This document shows, in pieces, positions 54,501 to 64,000 of a DNA stretch of 64,000 nucleotides. Below the pieces are notes generated by a model. The model worked only from the letters and a program-made list of their open reading frames with translations. It did not search any database and had not been told where the DNA came from. Both the position numbers and the translations under genes were made by a program. Source of the DNA: Eledone cirrhosa. Taxonomy: Eukaryota. The stretch is taken from the NCBI GenBank assembly GCA_964016885.1, contig OZ024743.1:45942001-46006000 (forward strand), written 5' to 3'. How positions within the stretch are numbered: the stretch's first letter is position 1; every line of letters begins with the position of its first letter.

Positions 54501-57500
54501 CCACCCTTTGACTTCCCTACCTGTCTGCCAACTCTTTGAAAACCCTACCAATCTTCCAACTCTTAAAATAACCTACTAATATGCCAACTTTGACAACCCT
54601 TCCAAACTGCCAACTCTTTGACCATCCTACCAATCTGCCAACTCTGTGACTAACCTACCAATCTGCCAACTCTTCGACTACACTTTTAATCTGACAACAC
54701 TTTGACAACCCTTCCAATCTGCCAACTCTTTGACTAACCTACCAATCTACCAGATCTTTGACTACCCTACCGATCTGCCAACTCTTTGACAACCCTACAA
54801 ATGGGCCAACTCTTTGACTACGCTACCAATCTTCCAACTCTTAAACTACCCTACTAATCTGATAACTCTTTGACTAACCTACCAATCTGCCGACTCTTTG
54901 ACTACACTACCAATCTGCCAACTGTTTGACTACCCTACCAATCTGCCCACACTTTGAATACCCTACCAATCTGCCAATTCCTTGACTACCCTACCAATCT
55001 GCCAACTCTTTAACTACCCTACCACTCTTCCAACTCTTAACATAACCTACTAATCAGCCAACTTATGACAAGCCTACCAATCTGCCAACTCTTTGACTAT
55101 CCTACCAATCTGCCAACTCTTCGACTACCCTACCAATCTGCCAACTCTTTGACAACCCTACCAATGTGGTAACCCTTTAACTACCCTACCAATCTGCCAA
55201 CTCTTTGACTATCCTACCAATCAGCCAAATCTTTGACAACGATACCCATCTGCCAATTCTGTGACTAACCTACCAATCTACCAGCTCTTTGACTACGCTA
55301 CCGATCTGTCAACTCTTTTACAACCCTACAAATGGGCCAACTCTTTGACTAGCCCACCAATCTTCCAACTCTTAACATAACCTACTAATCTGCCAACTTA
55401 TGACAACCCTACCGATCTGCCAACTCTAAACTACCCTACTAATCTGCCAACTCTTTGACTACCCTACCAATCTTTCAACTCTAAACTACACTACTAATCT
55501 GCCAACTCTTTGACTACCCTGCCAATCTGTCAACTCTGCGACTAGCCTACTAATATGTTAACTCTTTGACTACCCTACCCATCTGCCAACTCTTTAACTA
55601 ACCAACCAATCTGCCAACTCGTTGACAACCCTGCCGATCTTCCAACTGTTTGACAACCGTATCAATCTGCCAACTCTTTGACTTCCCTACCAATATTCCA
55701 ATTCTTAAACTACTCTACTAATCTGCCAACTCATTTACTACCCTACCAATCTGCCAACTCTTTAAGTACCCTACAATTCTGCCAACTCTTTGACAAACTT
55801 TCAAATCTGTCAAATCTTTGACAACGTAACCAATCTGCCAACTCTTTGACAAGCCTATCAATCTGCCAACTCTTTGACAACCCTACCAAACTTCCAACTC
55901 TTTAACTAACCTACCAATCTGCCAACTCATTGACTACACTACCAATAATCCAACTCTTTGCAACCCTACCAATCGGCAACTCTTTGACAACCCTACGAAT
56001 ATGCCAACTCTTTGACTACCCTACCAATCAGCAACTCTTTCACAGCCCTGCCAATCTGCCAACTTTTTGACAACCCTACCAATCTGCTAACTCAGTAACT
56101 AACCTACCAAACTGCCAACTCTTTGACTACCCTACCAGTCAGCCAACTCTTTGACTACCCTACCAAACTGCCAACTCTTTGACTACTCTACCAATCTGAC
56201 TACTCTTTGACAAACTTACAAATATGTCAACTCATTGACAACCTTACCAATCTGCCAACTCTTTGAGAAAGCTACCAAACTGCCAACTCTTTGACAACCC
56301 TACCAATCTGCCAACTCAGTAACTAACCTACCAAACTGCCAACTATTTGACTACCCTACCAGACAGCCAACTCTTTGACTACCCTACCTATCGGCCAACT
56401 TTTTGACAACCCTACTAATCTGCCAACCGTTTCACAACCCTACCAAACTGTCAGCTCTGTGACTACCCTACCAATCTGCCAACTCTTTAACTAACCTATC
56501 AATCTGCCAACTCTTTGACTACCCTACCAATATTCCAACTCTTAAACTACGCTACTAATCTGCCAACTCTTTGACAACCATATCAACATGCCAACACTTT
56601 GACTACCCTACCAATATTCAAATTCTTAAACTACCCTACTAATCTGCCAACACATTTACTACCCTACCAATCTGCCAACTCTTTAACTATCCTACAATTC
56701 TGCCAAATCTTTAACTATCCTACCAATCTTCCAACTCTTTAACTACCCTACCAATCTGCCAACTCTTTGACTACTCTACCCATCTGCCAACTCTTTGACA
56801 ATCTTTCAAATCTGTCAAATCTTTGACAACGTTACCAATCTGCCAACGCTTTGACAAACCTATAAATCTGACGACTCTTTGACAACCCTACTGATCTTCC
56901 AATTGTTTAACTAACCTACCAATCTGCCAACTCATTGACTACACTACCAATAATCCAACACTTTGCAACCCTACCAATCGGCAACTCTTTGACAACCCTA
57001 CGAATATGACAACTCTTTCACAGCCCTGCCAATTTGCCAACTTTTTGACAGCCCTACCAATCTGCCAACTCAGTAACAAACCTACCAAATTGCCAACTCT
57101 TTGACTACCCTACCAGCCAGCCAACTCTTTGACTACCCTACCGATCTGCCAACACTTTCACAACCCTACCAATTGGCCAACTCTTTGATTACCCTACCAA
57201 TCTTCCAACTCTTAAACTACCCTACTAATCTGCGAACTCTTTGACTACCCTACCAATCTTCCAACCCTAAACTACCCTACTAATCTGTCAACTCTGTGAC
57301 TACGCTACCAATATGCCAACTCTTTGACTACCCTACCAATCTGCCAACTCTTTAACTACCCTACCAATCTGCCAACTCTTTGACAATCCTAAGAATCTGC
57401 CAACTCTTTGACAAACCTACCAATCTTCCAACTCTTTAACTAACCTACCAATCTGCCAAGTCATTGACTAACCTAGGAATAAGCCAACTCTTTGCAACTC

Positions 57501-60500
57501 TCCCAATCGGCAACTCTTTGACAACCCTACAAATCTGCCAACTCTTAACATAACCTACTAATCTGCCGACTTATGACAACCCTACCAGTCTGCCAACTCT
57601 TTGACTATCCTACCAATCTGCCTACTCTTCGACTACCCTACCAATCTGCCATATTTTTAACTACCCTACTAATCTGCCAACTCTTTAACTACCCTACCAA
57701 TCAGCCAACTTTGACGACCCTTCCAATCTGCCAACTCTTTGACTAACCTTCCTATCTCCCAACTCTTTGACAACGATACCCATATGCCAATTCTGTGACT
57801 AACCTACTAATCTGCCAACTCTTTGACTACCCTACCTATCTGCCAACTCTTTGAAAACCCTACCAATCTTCCAACTCTTAAAATAACCTACTAATATGCC
57901 AACTTTGACAACCCTTCCAATCTGCCAAATCTTTGACTATCCTACCAATCTGCCAACTCTTTGACTACCCTTCCAATCTGCCAACTCTTTGACAACGATA
58001 GCCATCTGCCAAGTCTGTGACTAACCTACCAATCTGCCAACTCTTTGACTACCCTTTTAATCTGACAACACTTTGACAACCCTTCCAATCTGCCAACTCT
58101 TTGACTAACCTACCAATATACCAGCTCTTTGACTACCCTACCGATCTGCCAACTCTTTGACAACCCTACAAATGGGCCAACTCTTTGACTACCCTACCAA
58201 TCTTCCAACTCTTAAACTACGCTACTAATCTGATAACTCTTTGACTATCCTACCAATCTGCCAACTCTTCGACTACCCTACCAATCTGCCATATCTTTAA
58301 CTACCCTACTAATCTCTTAACTCTTTGACTACCCTACCAATCTGCCAACTCTTTTACAACCCTACCAATGTGGTAACCCTTTAACTACCCTACCAATCTG
58401 CCAACTATTTGACTGTCCTACCAATCTGCCAACTCTTTGACAACGATACCCATCTGCCAATTCTGTGACTAACCTACCAATCTACCAGCTCTTTGACTAT
58501 CCTACCGATCTGTCAACTCTTTGACAACCCTACCAATGGGCCAACTCTTTGACTAGCCCACCAATCTTCCAACTCTTAACATAACCTACTAATTTGCCAA
58601 CTTATGACAACCCTACCGATCTGCCAACTCTTTGACTAACCTACCAATCTGCCAACTCTTTGACTACCCTTTTAATCTGACAACACTTTGACTAAACTAC
58701 CAATCTGCCGACTCTTTGACTACCCTACCAATCTGCCAACTCTTTGACTACCCTACCAATCTGCCAACTCCTTGACTACCCTACCAATCTGCCAACTCTT
58801 TAACTACTCTACCACTCTTCCAACTCTTAACATAACCTACTAATCAGCCAACTTATGACAACCCTACCAATCTGCCAACTCTTTGACTATCCTACCAATC
58901 TGCCATATCTTTAACTACCCTACTAATCTCTTAACTCTTTGACTACCCTAGCAATCTGCCAACTCTTTTACAACCCTACCAATGTGGTAACCCTTTAACT
59001 ACCCTACCAATCTGCCAACTATTTGACTGTTCTACCAATCTGCCAACTCTTTGACAACGATACCCATCTGCCAATTCTGTGACTAACGTACCAAACTACC
59101 AGCTCTTTGACTACCCTACTAATCTGCCAACTCTTTGACAATCCGCAAATGGGCCAACTCTTTGACTACCCTACCAATCAGCCAATTCTGTTTGACTAAC
59201 CTACCAATCTGCCAACTCTTTGACTACCCTACCAATCTTCCATCTCTTAACATAACCTACTAATCTGCCAACTTATGACAACCCTACCAGTCTGCCAACT
59301 CTTTGACTACCCTACCAATCTGCCCACTCTTTGACTAACCTACCAATCTGCCATATCTTTAACTACCCTACTAATCTGCCAACTCTTTAACTACGCTACC
59401 AATCAGCCAACTTTGACAACCCTTCCAATCTGCCAACTCTTTGACTATCCTACCAATCTGCCAACTCTTTAACTTCCCTACCAATCTGCCAACTCTTAGA
59501 CCACCCTACCAATCTGCCAACTCTATGATTACCCCACCAATCACCCAACTGTTGGATTAACCTACCAATCTGCCAACTCTTTGACTACCTACCAATCTGC
59601 CATTTCTTTAACTACCCTACTAATCTGCCAACTCTTTGACTACCCTACCTATCTGCCAATTCTTTGACTACCCTACCAATCTTCCAACTCTTAACATAAC
59701 CTACTAATCTGCCAACTTATGACAACCCTACCGATCTTCCAACTCTCTGACTATCCTACCAATCTGCCAACTCTTTGACTACCCTACCAATCTTCCAAAT
59801 CTTTAACTACCCTACTAATCTGCCAACTCTTTGACTACCCTACCAATCAGCCAATTCTGTTTGACTAACCTACCAATCCGCCAACTCTTTGACTACCCTA
59901 CCAATCTTCCATCTCTTAACATAACCTATTAATCTGCCAACTTATGACAACCCTACCAATCTGCCAACTCTTTGACTACACTACCAATCTGCCAACTCTT
60001 TGACTACCCTACCAATCTGCCCACTCTTTGACTAACCTACCAATCTGCCATATCTTTAACTACCCTACTAATCTGCCAACTCTTTAACTACCCTATCAAT
60101 CAGCCAACTTTGACAACCCTTCCAATCTGCCAACTCTTTGACTATACTACCAATCTGCCAACTCTTTGACTTCCTTACCAATCTGCCAACTCTTAGACTA
60201 CCCTACCAATCTGCCAACTCTATGATTACCCCACCAATCACCCAACTGTTGGATTAACCTACCAATCTGCCAACTCTTTGACTACCCTACCAATCTGCCA
60301 TATCTTTAACTACCCTACTAATCTGCCAACTCTTTGACTACCCTACCTATCTGCCAATTCTTTGACTACCCTACCAATCTTCCAACTCTTAAAATAACCT
60401 ACTAATCTGCCAACTTTGACAACCCTTCCAATCTGCTAAATCTTTGACTATCTTACCAATCTGCCAACTCTATGACTATCCTTCCAATCTGTCAACTCTT

Positions 60501-60592
60501 TGTCAACGATACCCATCTGCCAATTCTGTGACTAACCTCCCAATCTGCCAACTCTTTGACTTGCCTACCAATCTGCAAACTCTTTGACTACC
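33550..60592 (+). repeat. 27-kb satellite, 28-bp monomer CTACCCTACCAATCTGCCAACTCTTTGA, about 965 units
   Basis: Continuous head-to-tail diverged monomers; the count is length divided by 28. Confidence 0.97.
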
Positions 60593-60729
60593 AACGTCAG
60601 ATTATATACCTTGGTAGTTTGTTCCGACTTTCTGCAGACTGAGTTCAAATTTCGCTAGGTCAACTTTGTCTTTCATTTTTTTTATTGAGTAGGGGGAGAG
60701 AGAAAAAGGAAGAGTAGCAGCTCAGTGGC

Positions 60730-60854
60730 GGCAGATTGGTAGGGTTGTCAAAGAGTTGGCAGATTGGTAGAGTAGTCAAAGAATTGACAGATTGGTAGGG
60801 TATTCAAAGAGTGGGCAGATTTGTAGGGTAGTCAAACAGTTAGCAGATTGGTAG

Positions 60855-60857
<3 letters not shown>
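60730..60857 (-). repeat. About 4.5 inverted satellite monomers ending in (TA)n
   Basis: ggcagattggtagggt..tcaaagagtt repeats. Confidence 0.9.
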
Positions 60858-60911
<54 letters not shown>

Positions 60912-60951
60912 AATAAATAAGTCAAATGTTTAAAATATGGCTTCGTTTATT

Positions 60952-61010
60952 ACTGCTATATATATATATTTCGGTGACAGCCATCTTTGGCTGTGTCCTC
61001 TTCAGGCAGT
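60952..61010 (-). ncRNA. Hammerhead ribozyme, intact
   Basis: Reverse complement reads ACTGC-CTGAAGA-GGACACAGCC-AAAGAT-GGCTGTCACC-GAAA-(TA)5-TA^GCAGT. Confidence 0.85.
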
Positions 61011-61339
61011 CCGAATTAGTGTGATAGAGACGAATACACATGTTGTTGAGGTGTTTAACTTTGTCAATACTCTGATATGCCCAGTTCCTGGTTGGGTTTT
61101 TATTTCACTGAGGAACTGGAATCATATGAATTTAAACAAACGAATTTCAGCGTCAAAGGGCCTCTTCTCCTCTAATCGGTCAGTTGTTTAAATTCATATG
61201 ATTCCAGTTATATATATATATATATATATTTTTTTTTTTCATTTGATTAACCTGGCAGAAGGATCAGTGAATATGACCTTCGCAACACCCCCCGAAACCG
61301 AAGAGATTGTTGTCGTTCGTGTTCAGATTAAATTGTTAC

Positions 61340-61680
61340 AGATCCACTCATTTGTGAAAGACATGAACAGTGAGTTTGGTCAACGTTCTAGGCAGGGAGG
61401 ATGAAGTATGGGGTTGAAACCAACATGGTTAATGAGAGGAGGAAAGATCAAGAGGTCAGAAGTGCCTGGATAGAGATGGCATAAGTTCAGCTAGTTCCAA
61501 TGAACAGAGACCATTTTATTAACAGAAAAATAGGTGGAGCGGGATAGAGCAGATCTAGGGGTCAGAGAGGAACTTTAAACCAGTTAACCGAATTTATTTT
61601 TTCTGGGTGTGATCTAGGATGACTCTGTTGGCAACAACAGCGTCCAATGTATGGGGGCACTATTCCATTGTGCGTTACAC
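61340..61680 (-). mobile_element. Highly decayed CR1/L2-group LINE 3' ORF remnant
   Basis: Minus-strand translation resembles R..ME..PH..LD..Q..IRL..LF..NG.CS.ELAELMP, with many stops. Confidence 0.4.
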
Positions 61681-61799
61681 TTGAAATATTTATGTCTCTT
61701 TTTTTTAATTTTTAATCACAATTTTAGTGACCCAGGCATTGAAATTCCTGATATCTTAAATATTGATTTCTAATTTAAACACAAGGACAGTGTAATTCT

Positions 61800-61965
61800 T
61801 TCTAACATTGGCACAAGACCAGCAATTTGGGGAAAGGGTACGTCGATTATATCGACCCATTACTTAACTGGTACTTTATTTTATCGAACCCGGAAGAATG
61901 AAAGGCAAAGTTGACCTCGACGAGCTTTGAACTCATAAGTTAGAAAGTCGAAACTAAATACCGCA
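61800..61965 (-). mobile_element. SINE, older copy
   Basis: gaaaggcaaagttgacctcg..tttgaactca. Confidence 0.7.
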
Positions 61966-62194
61966 GATGGCAACCCGCCGCCCTCCGGATGTTTTACTGA
62001 CCCCAACAATATCCTGTCATCATCTAAACACCCAAATCTAGGACCATATGTTTGCGAAACGAACTTTTTATTCATTCAGCCATGCTGCATCTACTCTAGT
62101 AATTAAACACAGAAAGGGAAATACTTGTTTGAATGTTTAACAATGTTGTGCTCCGGGGAAACTATGATTAATTATAATCACAGACACACACACG

Positions 62195-62235
<41 letters not shown>

Positions 62236-62782
62236 GCAATCAATCTACTCATCTGCAATTCTTAAATTATGTATACTTAGAAAAGTATTCCTTTGTATCC
62301 ACGATAAAAGAATTATAAAACATATTGTTATTCCTTTCATTATTCAGTAAAATCTACTGTGAACTCTAACATAATCTCAACTACTGAAAAATATTAATTA
62401 TGAGAATAATTTTAAATGTTTAATTATATTTCATTTCTTATTCCGTTCACATATGCTGCTTCATTTTCAACTACGTTTGTTTTATCATATAGTTTCCTTT
62501 ATGTAACTACGAACAATATATTTCTTACACATCTCTTCACAAACAATTTCCTGAAGCGATCTATCTATTTATGGTATATATTGTTTCTTGACATTTTCAA
62601 AAAAATAATAAACTATTAAATTAACCATTAATTAGCAATGGAACTAACACAGCAACATCTACATGGCTGGATATTGACTCATATGCAATATGTTTATGTA
62701 TAATAAAGATAAAATTTAAACTCTCTATGAGTACTTTAAACTGTGATTATATCACAGTTACTTCGATATCGGAATAAGTGCC

Positions 62783-62829
62783 GTGTATAGATATATTTCG
62801 CAGCCGTAGTCGTTACTGTTCGTCAGCAC
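62783..62829 (-). ncRNA. Putative hammerhead ribozyme
   Basis: Reverse complement reads GTG-CTGACGA-ACAGT..GCTGC-GAAA-TATATCTA-TA^CAC. Stems are short. Confidence 0.55.
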
Positions 62830-62925
62830 TCGACTATTTACACGAAGATGCATATGAACGATGCTTAACATAATCACAGTGAGACTAATTTTATATCTAT
62901 TGCCAATAAACATAATGTATATGAT

Positions 62926-63754
<829 letters not shown>

Positions 63755-64000
63755 CGTAAAATAAGAAAATTATAAAATTAACTTACTTACTAAAATTTCA
63801 CTCCCAACTAATTACTTTCTGAAATGGAATAAATATACTTTCCGAAGAAGATATAGAGAAGCATTTCGTCGTCAGGCAAAGCGAGGACTCTGGAAACTTA
63901 TACAAAAATAATTCAGTGGATAGAAAATAGCAAAGCGTGGACTGAATTCCTAGCCATTGAGAAAATCACTGCCTCTGCGTCGGTGGCAAATTCAAAAAGA

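Noticed and set aside
33550-60592. CRISPR array or coding repeat (ORFs at 39307, 41545, 44953, 48681, 53168)
   Set aside because: Monomers are contiguous with no unique spacers, there are no cas genes, the context is eukaryotic, and 28 is not a multiple of 3.

Overview
AT-rich, microsatellite-dense animal genomic DNA; the SINE repertoire suggests a cephalopod such as Octopus (inference). One spliced tyrosinase-like (type-3 copper) gene lies on the + strand, with phase-compatible exons at 3001-3113, 11223-11368 and 14312-15276 and intact CuA/CuB histidines; its 5' exon(s) were not found. Its first visible intron holds a near full-length, decayed R4/Dong-type non-LTR retrotransposon. The window also has mariner, CRE-like, CR1-like, Helitron and pogo-like remnants and many tRNA-derived SINEs. 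Two things stand out. (1) About 15 short elements, mostly fold-back (palindromic), sit in (TA)n tracts and carry minimal type I hammerhead ribozymes of several distinct sequence families. They show stem covariation, compensatory U3-A8 cores and a shared YTGAGTRC motif in the 3' tail, and one copy is joined to a Penelope GIY-YIG endonuclease remnant. (2) A ~27 kb satellite of a 28-bp monomer (33550-60592) has higher-order structure; its monomer resembles the SINE A-box head, and it is bracketed by two outward-facing headless SINE bodies. Most ORFs in the supplied track are microsatellite or satellite translations. All structures were paired by eye; none were computed.
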